In this document: positions 41,011-54,268 of the stretch, piece by piece
Layout: the number at the start of each line of letters is the position of its first letter
How positions within the stretch are numbered: the stretch's first letter is position 1
From: Trichinella spiralis
Lineage: Eukaryota
NCBI RefSeq assembly: GCF_000181795.1
Contig: NW_003526941.1
Coordinates: 892,618 to 956,617, forward strand
DNA length: 64,000 bases
Reading direction: 5' to 3'
Program-made: the position numbers and the translations under genes
Notes under the pieces: generated by a model
The model's input: only the letters and a program-made list of their open reading frames with translations
Databases searched by the model: none
What the model was told of the DNA's origin: nothing

Positions 41011-41257
41011 TTTTTAACTTTTTTTTTATTTCTCACTTCTCATCCGTCATCATCGCAATATCGTGGCATAAAAAATGCAAAGCAGACTATGGATGACCAT
41101 CAGAAGCTGACCGACCGACCACCAAGCAAGCGGCCACAATACGAGCGCACGTCCAACTGACGTACTGACAAAACCATTATTGTCACATGATAAGATTTTC
41201 AAAAATAATAAAAATTACCAAGAAAAAACAGAAATAATAAGTGTAATAGCAGTATCA

Positions 41258-41395
41258 GTAATAATAATAGTAGTGTAGTAGTAGTAGTAGTAGTAGTAGT
41301 AGCAGAATAGAAGAGAAGCGCACAATTTTGTGGTCGTCGTCGTCAACAACAAGGAAAAAAACATACGCAATAATAATAATAATAATAATAATAAG
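41258..41395. repeat. (TAG)n and (AAT)n microsatellites between the convergent MFSD4 and lin-1 3' ends
   Basis: Direct reading. Confidence 0.85.
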
Positions 41396-41941
41396 ATAAC
41401 CGCCGTAGGCTAGATAGAGGACCAACATACATAGAAACAAACAAACAAATAAACAAACAGATCGTCTTGTCCATTGAACAAAAAAGGAAGACAGACGATA
41501 AAAAAGCATGGAATGCGATGAAACATCCTGTCCAGATAACGCCAAAACATCCGTTGTTGGTTACCCAGCTCGCATTAATTTTTCTCTTCTCCTCTCCACA
41601 GATGATGAAAATTATCAAATTATTATTACTATTACTATTACTATTAGTATTGCTATTGCTATAAGGCACAATGCAATAACGGAGCACTATTTAGCATATA
41701 TATTTGAAAAAGAAAAGAAATAATAAGTAAAAATAAAACAAGTTATAACAACAAAAGAAAATTGCAAAAAAGAAAGAGGTTTTTGAAAAAATGGGCAAGC
41801 AAGAAAGAAAAAGATACGCGACGAATGAGAAAAGTAAAAATTATATCAACCGTAATGTGTGATTGATGATGATGCGAGCGTGAAAGCAAAATTGCGAAAA
41901 AAAATAATAATTACCAAATTTTGAAAAAGTGAGGAAAAGTT

Positions 41942-43456
41942 TCACACGGAAGGAGCCGACTCACGTGGAATAAATGCCGATCGACCGACGTCGATTGGAG
42001 TTTTGAAAGTTGCGGCACTGTTGGCCGCAGCAGCGGCATTAGCTTGGGCGTGAGCAACTGCGGGACCACCGAAGAAGTAATATGCGGCTGGATTTGCCGG
42101 CCAGGTAGGGCTGCCGATCATCGACGGCGGGAATTGGAATGTGGCCGCCGTTGGCGACGAACAGAACAACGGACTCAGCGGTATTGGGCTGTTGACCGAG
42201 TTCCAAAAATTCAACGGACTCGCCATATAGGGATTCAGACCGGTCGGTTGGAACAGCGGTGACGAAAGAGCAGCACCGACTGCCAGTTGTTGCTGCAACT
42301 GGACAGCATGCGACTGACTCAACGCGGACAGATTCAGCGGATAAGGCTTCGGTTTAGCTGGTCGCTTTTTCACCACCGGGCTAGCAGGCTTTTTCTCGCT
42401 TTGCTGCTGCTGTTGTTGTCCATGAGAATGATGATGACTGTTGTGATGATGATGCTGATGATGATGATGATGATGAATACGATTATGATGATGGTGACTG
42501 CTGCTGCTGCTGCTATTGCGATCATCTACCTGATGATGATGATCAGCATCGAATACATCATCAGCACTAGTAGTGGTAGTTGTTGGCCCATCACCACCAG
42601 CACCATTGGCAACATTAGCTGCGGAATTTGGTTCCAACTGGTCGCAGTCCGCTAATTCGACAAAACTCGACGGTCTACGTTGCTTTCGACTAGGCGACTG
42701 TGTATCATCGGTCGTCGTCGTCGTCGTTGTTGTGGCTGTTGCAACGCTGCAGCGTCGTTCTGTTAAATTAGTAGTAGAACAAGGCCGAGAAAAAGATTCT
42801 CCCTCTTCATCACAACAATCCGCAGTCGGTGATCGTTTCCTCGTACCGACAGCGAGATCTAACAAAGGATTTGGATTATTATTATTATTAGCATTGTTGT
42901 TGTTGTTGCTAATTAAACGCTGTTCAGATGGAGAACAACAACTGGCACTGATTGTAGAAGCATCGTCTTCTAGTTCGTCGTCAGCACCATAACCGTTGAT
43001 ATCAGCCGGGGCAGATCGACTAGCACAGGCCGCGGCAGCGGCTACAGCCGAACTCATCTTCAACAAATAGTTCATCATGTCAGTACGACCATTTTCCGGG
43101 AATGCTACAAATTTGTAAACAAACTTCTGGCCCATCACTTTGCGAATAATATTCTTGTCGTAATAATAACGCAGAGCGCGGGATAGTTTGTCATAATTCA
43201 TATTTGGCTTGTTTTTTCGCAAACCCCACAGACGAGCCACTTCTTGGGCGTTGAGCAGCTTGAATTCACCGTCACTGTTGGTCCAGCGGATAATTTCCGC
43301 ATGCTCGCTGTTCAACAACAGTTCGAGCAAAAATTGCCAAAGCGTAACGCCAGTTTCCATCATCGAAGAAACTGCCGCAGTAGTTGAACTGTTGCTGTTG
43401 CTCACCGCAGCGGTTGTGGTGCTGGAAGCGGCGGCCATGTCGTTCATCATCATCAT
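41942..43456 (-). CDS. lin-1: ETS-domain transcription factor of the TCF/ELK class, LIN-1 orthologue
   Basis: N-terminal ETS domain [11 protein letters not shown]...[55 protein letters not shown], a basic D-site ([14 protein letters not shown]), clustered S/T-P sites and an FQFP ERK-docking motif. An acceptor lies at ~43505 and the first in-frame ATG is 43456, so an upstream coding exon is possible. Confidence 0.92.
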   Translation of the reverse strand: MMMMNDMAAASSTTTAAVSNSNSSTTAAVSSMMETGVTLWQFLLELLLNSEHAEIIRWTNSDGEFKLLNAQEVARLWGLRKNKPNMNYDKLSRALRYYYDKNIIRKVMGQKFVYKFVAFPENGRTDMMNYLLKMSSAVAAAAACASRSAPADINGYGADDELEDDASTISASCCSPSEQRLISNNNNNANNNNNPNPLLDLAVGTRKRSPTADCCDEEGESFSRPCSTTNLTERRCSVATATTTTTTTTDDTQSPSRKQRRPSSFVELADCDQLEPNSAANVANGAGGDGPTTTTTSADDVFDADHHHQVDDRNSSSSSSHHHHNRIHHHHHHQHHHHNSHHHSHGQQQQQQSEKKPASPVVKKRPAKPKPYPLNLSALSQSHAVQLQQQLAVGAALSSPLFQPTGLNPYMASPLNFWNSVNSPIPLSPLFCSSPTAATFQFPPSMIGSPTWPANPAAYYFFGGPAVAHAQANAAAAANSAATFKTPIDVGRSAFIPRESAPSV

Positions 43457-46400
43457 CTGCACGTACGTACTTCGATGCAGATAGAGGTTGGTTGAGCTGC
43501 TGTCTGGTGAAAAAAGAAAAACCAACAAGAAAACACAACCAAACTACTCTACCAAAACGGCAATGCTAAAAAGTAAAAAAAAATATGGAAAATTAAAATC
43601 ATGTTCAGTTGATTGACGCTGCTCTGACTGAGAACACGCAGAAGAGAAAAGCGCGCAGGTGAATAAATAAAATATCATCGCCAATCAAGATGCAAGATAT
43701 AATTATATATATGTGTAGTTAGTGAGATTCGACTGTTGATTAACGCGGCGACTGATTGTCAATGATGCGAAAACAAAGCCTATAATAATAGGGATAAAAA
43801 AGAGATAATAGAGCAAGAAATTAATGGCGGCGGTTCGCTCTCACGGTCTATAATGACAACTGTTACTTTTCGCTTTCGCTTCTGCGTGTTTACTCGTCCA
43901 TGTTGACACGGAAGTAACAAACACAGGAAGTCTCCGAGAGGAGTGACTGTCGTTGCACGTGTGCACAGAGATGGGATAAGCTAACTGAAAGAAATTGTAC
44001 ATACAAAATGAGAAAAATTGAAAGGGAGGTAGAGAAAAAAGGGAGGGGGAGGGTGGGTGGAAAGAAGGGACGGATAAAGCAAAAGAGAGAGAGAAAAGAA
44101 AATTGAAGAGAGAAAGGGAGAAAGAGCAAGCAAAAGAGAAAAGCGTGCGCATGGATTGTGCGGAATAATGAGAGAAAATCGAACCGGTTAACAAAGTGTA
44201 AATAATTGAATTAAGCTGCCGTGGCGTGCAAGCAAAGGCAATCCTGTACAAAGAGTGAAAGCAACACAGAGGGAGCGAGAGAGAGAGAGGCCGGCTTTAA
44301 AAGAGAGATGGTGACGACGATAAACAACAAAAAGCAAACGATGCAAGCCAACCAGCAGTGGGCGCTGATGTGTCGCGCTATTTCAGGTCAACACTTATTA
44401 TTATTTTTTTTTCAATCTCTCTTTTTTTTCTCTTTCCTACCAATGTACGACGACAAAAAGAGCGGATACAGGAAATGACGACGGTGTATTAAGGTCAGTC
44501 AAGTACAATGCGAGAAAGAGTTGTCTGTGAAAGAAAGGGAAAAAGCAAATTCCGAGGTCAATGGAGCATGGTCGCAGCTGCTCGGCGCGCCTCCTGTGCA
44601 TGTGAGAAGTTGAAAGCAGGCGATGATGACCTGAGTAAGTGAGTGAGTGAGTGAGTGAGAGAGAAGCAGAAGTAGAAGCAGAAGCAGAAGCAGTTTTTTT
44701 TCTCAGCTGTTCCAATCGTACCACAGCTAGCTAGCTAAATTAATATTTTCATCACTGAAAAAAAAAATCTCCAAACGGCTAGTAGCGTCCTGTGAGTCCG
44801 GATGTATACCTGACTGAGCGGAGTGTGTTGCGCAAGTGTTCCAAAGCTTGATGTGAATGCTGAATATTCACATCTTGACGTTTGCCCCCAACGTACAGTA
44901 CAGATGAGCAGAGAGAGAGAGAGAAAGAGAAACAGCCTCGCTCGCACGCACGCGTGCACGTGAGAATGCCACACCTTCGTCAAATCTCTTGTCGTCGTCG
45001 TCCAAACCAAAAGCGTCGAAAAGCAGCAATTAATATGCCGGTGTGCTTCTCTTCCAGATTGTCGTCTGCCTGCTTGCTTCTCGAAATGTCAACAGCAGCA
45101 GCAGCGTTAAGCTGAGCAAATTGACTAGTGGGAAGACGAAGAAGGCACGACGTGGCGGTTAGATTAGCCCGTCCGTGTGTGCTGTATGCTAAACCAACCG
45201 AACCTGCTGCTGCTGCTACAATAAAATAAAACCAACAACTGACCGTCGTCGCTCTAGCCGTGGCGTTCGTGGCAAAAATTGCCGAGGCCGCACGAGGTGA
45301 ACATATACACAACCGAACCGGCTCGCACCGATGACGACGAATCAAAATTCTCCACTGACCAGTTAAAAGTCAGTTGCTTTCTCTCATTGGCAATTAATTC
45401 TTCTCTTCACAATCATCACATACTTGGACAAACATACGATCAAAACACACATACCTCATCATAATCATCATCATCATCGTCACCACTTTTCAACAATCTT
45501 GTCCAACGCACGACGCAATCATTTATACAAAGAAAACACACGAACAACCGCCGCCAACAACAACAACAACAACAACAACAGCATATTTTTCTCCATACAA
45601 CCAACCAACCAACCAACCAACCAACCAACCAATTTCCGCATAAATTGTGCACCTTCATTAATAACAGCACCGTGTATATATGTAATCAAAAAAGAAAAAA
45701 CAACCAACTCTTTTTTTATCTATATCCATACGAGAACTTTGAACTCTGAGTAGGGTAATTTTTGAAAAAAAAATAATAAATAAAATAATGATCGACATGC
45801 AATCGAAAAGCATGCATATGCAACCTAATTTTTTCTCCATCTCTTCACACAATTCTCCAGTGGGAATATGGGAATAAAAATATTCCAGCTCTGAGCAATG
45901 AGCAGCAGTAGTAGTAGTTGGTACGCGATCGAAAAGACAAACTTCCGCTCGAGTTCGAACAAAGACCACAAAGCAGCAAGCAACAACCAGTCGAGCAAGC
46001 AACGATTAAAAAAAGAAGATGAACATTTTGAAAGCTGCAAAAAATCCACCACCACCACCACCAGCAGCAGTGTGTGAGTGAATGATGATGATGATGATTA
46101 AGCAAAAGCAGATGTGAACACTGCCGCTGCGTTCGAATTTCTCCGAAACAACCAACCAACCAACAGATATATTTAAATAAATATTTCAAAGAGGAAATTC
46201 AAAAAAAAAAAACTGCACGTGGTCAATTTCAAAAACAACACAAATCTAACTAAAATCTACTACTAGTAGTCAAGCTGCAAAAGTGAAAACAAAAAAAAAT
46301 CATCGCTTCCAATTCGCTCACTGTGCAAACTGAAAATTCCCATGATTGGCTATTTTTCTGTTGCATTTATTATTTATTTTTTTACGATTATTATTACTGT

Positions 46401-49400
46401 GCTATTGTGATGAAAATTTCAATGCCGTCACAATAATGTTGGAGCGCATTGCTTAGGGGCGCCAACGTCACGTATTAATCGATCGTTAAGTGAATCGTTT
46501 GATTTATGAATGCCTAATCGAACCAGCGCATCTTTTCCGGTCGGGCCATTAACGCCGCCGACTTCCAAGGCCAGAGGTCACAGCCAGCCGCCGTATGCAT
46601 AAATATTATTTGTAAAAAATTACTGTACAATTGATAGAAGAGAACGACGACAATCGACAACAATTGTTGATGGTGATGGATGGATAATATGATGGGAAAA
46701 GATAAGAATGAAAAAAGAAAAGTTCCTCTGGTGGATCCCAGTTCTTCCGGTCTACATGGCCCCCACATTCGAGTGGAGTAGCAGCAGCAGCAGCAGCAGC
46801 AGCAATAACAGTAGTAGTAGTAGTAGTAGGACTCTTTGATTTGGCAATAAAAAAGCCGGCTCGGCTTTTTTTATTGTACAATGGATGCCACCGTTGTGTC
46901 CGTTGCCGCCGCGGGGCATGGAGCTCGACGGGGGCGCATGCCGTCGTTGTCGTCTGTCGGTCGGTCGGTGCGAATGCACCGTCGACCTTGCCGGCCAAAG
47001 ACGACCGATGGCAACGTGGCGCGGAAGCCAGCCGACTTGATTTCGGCGTTGACGTCAAGCCACGCCCTGGAAGAACGAGATCAATCACCACGCTCGTCAG
47101 CAGAAGCAAAGCGAAAACCGTTACAAATCGGACTGGACTACGAGTGTGGAAGTGAATAGTGTGGATGTGAGCTGTGGAAGAGGTAGATGTTGAAAAGGGG
47201 GTGACGAGAACAGAAAATATGAGAGAGAAAAAACAAAGAAAATAAATTGTCAGTGAAGAAGAAGCTTGACAAGCAACAATTGTCAGCATTTGTTGCACGC
47301 GAACCGCGAGGCTTCCATCCTTCCATTTTTTCCTCTCCGACTGGTGGCAAATCGGTGGAGCACAGGCAAAAGAAAGCAAAGACAATATCCAATCCTTCTC
47401 CCTCTCTCCCTCCTCTGCAGGGTTGGTGACGTCTGCAAACACTGAGAGCGTTCAGAAAGCAAAGATTAGCAACAATGAACGGCAAGCATGTCGTGGCGGA
47501 AAGGAATTGTGTGATTGGTTAAAAGAAAACCGACGCTTTTCTTTTTACCTCTATTTCTTCAGTTTGAATATCTCACCACTACCCCACTACCACTGGATGT
47601 GAAGAGACAGAAAGAGAGAGAAAAAAAATTAGAAAAAATAAGTAATAATAATAATTTATAAAAAACTTAAAAATGAAGAATTGCATGTTGCGTGCAGTTT
47701 TGTTGGAACTTGGCTGGCTGGCTGGCTTGAAGTGTGAAAAATTGACGGCTAGCGACGAGGGTCAACGGACAACAAAAAAGCTTGACCGCCGCCGCCGCCG
47801 CTGTATACTGGTGCTTACTACTACTTACCGACTACAACTACCAGCATGCCAGTATTACTAATAGAAGTGAACTACTGCAACAAACCGGTGTGCGGGTGAA
47901 AAGCTGCCCAAGAAATGTAGGTTAGCTGAAGTGGCCGCAATTACTGCGAAACCGAAAATGCGCGTCCCGAAAATGAAGACGCAGGAAATGATCCCATTTG
48001 CTGCGATCGCGTCACCATAATAGCAATATTCAAAAAAAATAATATGAGAAAAAAATTAAATTATTATTAATAATAAAATGGGATAAGATGAGATGAGATG
48101 AGATGAGATAATCAGCAACAACAAACCTGCCTGTTGTTGGAAAAAATTAGCTTCTTGATGATTGATGTTCAACGGGGATGGTTAGTTAGCGGCGGTTAGG
48201 TTGGCTTAATTGTGAAAGCAACAATCTTGATCGGTGTGTATAAGTTTGGTTGGTTGAATTGCACAAAGTCAAAGAATGACCAATAATTGTAAAGACCAAC
48301 AACAATATAGTACAATACAATACAATACAATACAATACGAGCACTTGATGATGATGATGATAATAATTTCCCGTTCAACTTGGTATTCATTGTGTGAAAA
48401 TAAATTTAAAAAAATAAAAAAAAACTTGAAAAGCATCGACAAAAAAGAACAAACAATTATTCACTATATACATATATATTCCATGAAAAACTATTATTAT
48501 TGACTTTTTTTAAAAATATATTCCTATTAGCCCCTTCTATTCTATTTTTTCTTTTTTTAAATGAAGAAATTAAAATACTGATAAAAAAACAAACAAACAA
48601 ACAAATAAATAAAACAAGAATAACAGAAAAATAATTGATGCGCATGAAGTGATCAGAAACGAACCGGTCAGACAAGTATAGTAGAGCTGATGCCGATAAT
48701 GATAATGATAATGCATGCATGCATGGATACAGTATTGATGGTGATGATGATGAAAAGCAGTTTTCTCATTTTTGGCGTGTATTATGAAAAAGAAGTACGA
48801 TAAAGGCAGGCAAGCGCGCGCCTAATTTCCGGTTGCAGATGGACAACAGAAAACAAATACACGGCAGAGGAAATGAAATTGAAATTTTTAAAAATGAAAG
48901 CAACACAATAGCAACAGCCAACCAACGGCAGTAGTGTGGCAGATGAAGAAGAAGCGGAAAATTATTAGCACGCTTTTTCTTGACGAAAATGAAACCGGAT
49001 ATACCTAACGGGGCCGAAAGTGGCAAGAAACAGGAGAAACCCGTTGAAACCGGAAGTTGGAAAACTGAGAGCAATTTACACAAATTGCCCAAAAGAGCCA
49101 CAATAAACAGAAAAACAAATAAGCCAAGCATTTAAAATAAATACATACAAGAAAAAGAGAAAAGTAAAATAGCTCACGCACGCTTTTCGCCGGCCGACAA
49201 AGTGAAACGAACAAACAAAAAAGCGCCAAACCAATGCTCTCTCTCTCTCTCTCGCTAACTTTCACTGACTTATGGACCAAGCGGCTCGGCATGACATCAC
49301 CAACAAACATATGGCTAGCGGGATCAACAATATTACGCACCGACGATTTTTGCGAACCTCTGACGTCGGCCCAACAGCCCCGGACATCAAAAGCGCTTCC

Positions 49401-51595
49401 ACTAGCCGACAACTGCCACCAGTTTGCTTGCTTGATGGAATTGAAAAAAAAATAACAATTCTTCCACCACTGCGGAAAAAATAATTATAAAGCGATATAA
49501 ATAAAATTGTTCCAAACACTCAGCACAAGTTCCACTAAAAACCAACCTGCGTACACTAATTACAATACTGTAGATTGGTACGAGAAATATATCTATGTAG
49601 AAAATAGAACTGCAATGTGGGTGTTGTTTCACACGTTTCACACAAAACGTTGATACTTCGAGAGCAAGAAAAACATTAAAAACTGATCAAATGAAACATG
49701 AAATTGAAAACGAAAAATGCGAACAAAAGATTCAATTAATTCAAACCGTGAAACAGATAATAAGCAAATGTTCTCCGTTCTCCAACTGCCCAAACAAAAA
49801 AACCCAGCAAAAACACATTTCAATTAATTAAATAAATCACACTATTGCAACAGCAAAGAAAGAAACAAACAACGAACACGTTGTTCAAAATATTCAACTG
49901 TACACGTACAGTAAATTGTACTATTCTACAATTATATATAAAATAATAACATTTCGCACATCAATTTCACATGTCACTTATACACGTATTTTCAAATAAT
50001 TGCATTATGAAGGCTTTTTTCATTTTGATAAATTCTGCAGACCAATATTCAAATAATAACTAAAGCAATACTTATCGTCAATGTAGTGTTATTGTCATTG
50101 CAAAAGCAAAATGAACATGAGCAAATATGTTCACGTCAATTCACTGTAACAGCAAACGTTTCAAATTCAACAAAACGATCTTCTTTCTCCAAAACAACAA
50201 AGCATAACCGCTAGTAACACGCTTACAACAGCGCTTATACTTGCATTCGGATAAAATAAATTTCATAGAAAAGGAAAGCAAATAAAACACGTGTGCTAAT
50301 GAAAAATGCAAATAATTAATGATGCAACGAGACATTCGCACTAATTATTTGAAGTATAGAAATTATTAAAATTACAGTAATTTTAGATGTTCAGGATGTA
50401 ATTCAAAATTAGAAAAAATTCACATTTCAAAGTTACATTGACATCTATCTATTCATTTGTTTTTAAATGATGAAAATGAAATTACTTCTCTGAAATTAAT
50501 ATCAATTATCACATACATGGTTGGTTAATTTCATCTGCAAAACAAATGAAAGAATGTAAGCATTTGGATTCAATTATCGTCGCTAAGCGTAAATGATTGA
50601 TTATTAATTGAATGATTTATCAAAAGTTTTCCTTTTATCAAAATTATTCTTTCAATTGTTTTACGATTTTGTTACATTCTGTGCACTGCTGTTATTGGCC
50701 AGCAAAGAACAACTCACTCGATGTTCTTCGAATTGGAATTGCTCGTAAAAGTACGTTTTTTACATTGAATAAAATGAACAATTTATATTTAAATTAAGCT
50801 TTTGAATCAAAATTTGCTAAATTGAAAACAATTTCGACGTCATCTTCACCCTGTAAACAAATAAAACAATACTGTTCTTGTACAATGTTAGCATATGAAA
50901 AAGAAATGAACGAACAACAACAACAACCAACTTAACAATCAGTACTGTGTCGTGATAAGATAAACAGTCCAGTATTAGATACTTCATCAAAAATAATTCA
51001 CATCTCTTACCTTATTGTGTTAGTTTTGTTTAATTGATAATATCAAATTTATTTTTAATTCATTTACAGAATATGCCAAGTTGAACAAAAATGATCAATC
51101 AGCACGTGATGATTTATTGAATATGAAAATTTCATCCATGATATTATGATTATTATAAATAAATGTTTCGTTAACAGCAAAATAAAAATATCTACTTTTG
51201 CAGATGGAATGAAGTTGCTTTTTCGGTGTGCAAAAATATAGCCAGGCATTACAAGTGTCGCATAGAATCACAACGGTCGATCACGTCGTCGCATTGTCGC
51301 GCAACGTATGTGCAGCAGCAGCAGCAGCAGAAACATTGTCCAAATTCATGGACTTACAATCAATAGAGTCAGCGCTTTTTTTCTCAACACTTCTGATTTC
51401 ATCGTTGAATATTTTTCTACAATAACAAATTTCCATAATTAATGCATCATCTTCGTTAAATTGAAAAAAGTTCGCCGCGTTGTGTTCATCATAATTAACA
51501 AACGTGAAAATTAATCGCATGTGGCAGAGAAGTTGCACTGGAACTGAACAATAAAATTATTGAATAGTCGTCGAAAAAAGTAAAAAGGAAACAGC

Positions 51596-51626
<31 letters not shown>

Positions 51627-52298
51627 GGAGCAATATTTTCATTGCAATTAATTAATTCCCTTGTATAAAATAAAACTTTCGATTCAATCTGTCAACAAAT
51701 GTGATGATATGCTTTGAAATAAATTTTGAAAAAAATTGGATTGATATATTTTATTTTTAAATTAACTGTGACGGTTGACGCTGAGCACTCACTCACTGAT
51801 GATGATCAGCTTCGAAATGCAGCAGACGACAGAAAGGAAACAACTTACATCATAATGGACAATTGGACTATTCTCGATTGAATCTTTTCAAAGACCAATT
51901 AAAAGGTTAGAAAAAAAGAACTAGAATTAATTAAATTAAAAGTTAGTAAAATAAAACTGCCAGATGGCTTGCTTATGAATAGCTGGGGTTCAACAGTGCA
52001 CAGAAAGACGGAGGAACGAAAAAATTTCTTATCATGTATGTGTGTTGTATATGCCTGCTGTAATAAAAAAAAAGAGGATCGATTCATGCATTTATTTTCC
52101 ATTCTGCGGCAACTTTCGGTTAAATCAGTCATCAGTCAACAAATACATGATGACTTTGGCTCGATAGAATAAATAATTTAAAATTGAAAATCTGAGAAGA
52201 AACGAAAAAGAAAGAGAATCAATTCTGTTTCTTTTGCTTGCTTAATTCCATTACATTTATATAGTGTTATTTTAACAAGCATATATGTATATAGATAC

Positions 52299-52603
52299 CT
52301 ATCACTGCGTGGAACAGCACTGCTGGATAGTGGCTGATCATTTCCCGTGGTAGACGTTGTCGTCGCTGGACCATCTTCGCCCAGGTCGATTTCAAAAATC
52401 TCTGGCTCGAGTTTCATGTGAATGCGGGATTTGCGTTTCGGTGCCACAGGTTTCGTCAGGTTGATTTCCACTTCTTCTCCAGCTTCGCTGTTTTTCAGTC
52501 CAGCATGATCGTCGAAATCCACCGGTTTGCCGTGCTTATTTATCGCCCCTCTTTTCAACAATTCTACCTCATCTGCCGGAAGAGCACTGTAGCCGTCGGC
52601 CAT
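52299..52603 (-). CDS. First coding exon of an unidentified protein (MADGYSALPADEVELLKRG...); downstream exons unresolved (~50790-52190)
   Basis: GC-richer coding-like segment with AAAATGG start context just after a TTTAG acceptor and an AG|GTATCT donor at 52298. No recognisable domain. Confidence 0.6.
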
Positions 52604-53736
52604 TTTCGATCACTAAATAGATTCAGAAAATTCGATTTCAGATAAAGCATGAATGAGCATGAAAAGAAATCCCTGCGAGGTTTTCATAAATAAATAAATA
52701 AATAAATAAAAATTATAATAAAATTAAGTAATACCTTAAAAAAAACTTTCACTAACTAACTGTGACAAGCTAGTCAATGCATGCACACAATCAACAAGTA
52801 TCACATGTGTGAAAAAAGAAGGAAATGACAACATTCGTGTGATGCGTTGATAAAATTTAATAAAATAAAACAACCAAACAGAGATGTATTTCCGGTAAAA
52901 TTGTAAATTTATTGTAAATACGTTTCTGAACAGTTGACAATCACTGCAGAAAATTATTGGCTCTATATATGTATAAAATTTGTCAAAAAAATTTCAAAGT
53001 GAACAGCTTTGGATCAACAACAACCCTGCTTTCAAAATCTCTCCACAGTTTAACTGCAAAAGTGCATTAGCAACTTCCTCCCTGTTTCCTCAAGTCCACA
53101 ATTAAAAAGTCAGAGAGCAATAGCACCAGCACCAGCAGCAGCAGCAGCTGCTGCTCCAGCATCAGTAGCCGCAGCAGAAACAGCATACGAAACTCGACAT
53201 TGCTTTTGAGCCGCTTTTCTATTGAAACAACTGCGTCAACTTTATGCATTCAATGACGCACACTAGCCATCCATTAAATTTAAAAAGCGGCAGTCTTTCA
53301 TCCGAAAAGTGCCCGAAGCTCATGCCGGAAGTATTGAAAACACCGAGCTCTCCTGAAACGCCACTACCGTTTAATGCCCTCTAGTCTGCTTGCAACAAAG
53401 GCCGAGTGAAAAAAGATTGAAAATGAATGCTTGATATTTCTTATTCGAACCCGATTTTAATTTTAATTGAGACAGAAAAAAGCCAGTGGAATTTTAGAGC
53501 CAATAAAACAAAAAACATGGTCATCAAAAAACACCACCCCCTTTTTATTAAAATTTCTCCAATTGAACAACAAATTCTCACGAAAGAGGAGCAGCTAGGC
53601 GTTTACTGGTATTGTTGATGCGTATCATTGCTGTGTGCATGTGCATGGGGCAAAAGAAAAGAACAATTTAGTAACTGCACGCGTGATAGATACTTCTGAA
53701 ATCAATTTCAAGTGCAAAGCAAAAGCGGCTGAATAA

Positions 53737-54268
53737 TTAATTGAAAATATCATAAATTTTCCACAACTGCGCCAGGAAATTTTCCAAATCCGATAACAGA
53801 CCACCATAATTTCCATTCTGATCAATTAAAACAACAAAGTCAGTGTCGGACGAAAAATTCAAGAGAGAAAATTTTACACATTCTTCACGTATCACCAGAT
53901 GGTACACAGATTTGCTATTTACATCTGCCAAAATTTTGCACCATCGTAAAAGTGAATATGCAAAGTCACCCCAACCACCATTTGGTGAAAGTATCCCCGT
54001 GCAAACGGACTGCAAGATTTTTTCTTTATTGAATAAATATATTGAACAGCAAATGAAAATTCAATAATCCATACACAAGTTGTACACTTCTCTCATTCGT
54101 TCGTTGCATTAAACAATGTGCAGTTTCAATTTTCACCGACCCACGCAGAAAATGGATTATCAAAATAGAACGAACGATCATAAAATTCCATTCATACCTG
54201 ATCCGCAGGGATTGATGTGTTGTATAATTGCAGCATTTTCAATTTCGCTGCAACTCTTTTCAACTGCC
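53737..54268 (-). CDS. Probable terminal exons of a hypothetical protein (exons ~54268-54198 and ~54009-53737)
   Basis: A CAG|GTATGA donor and a TTGCAG acceptor join in frame: ...KLKMLQLYNTSIPADQ|SVCTGILSPNGGWGDFAYSLLRW...YDIFN*. No homology recognised. Confidence 0.4.

Noticed and set aside
46845..46876. AAAAAAGCCG-GCT-CGGCTTTTTT hairpin resembling a bacterial intrinsic terminator
   Set aside because: Nematode genomic context with no bacterial gene nearby; probably a chance palindrome in low-complexity sequence.
43841..49823. Numerous ORFs up to 278 aa upstream of lin-1
   Set aside because: Products of microsatellites and purine/pyrimidine tracts (poly-L/W/C/S), with no domains.
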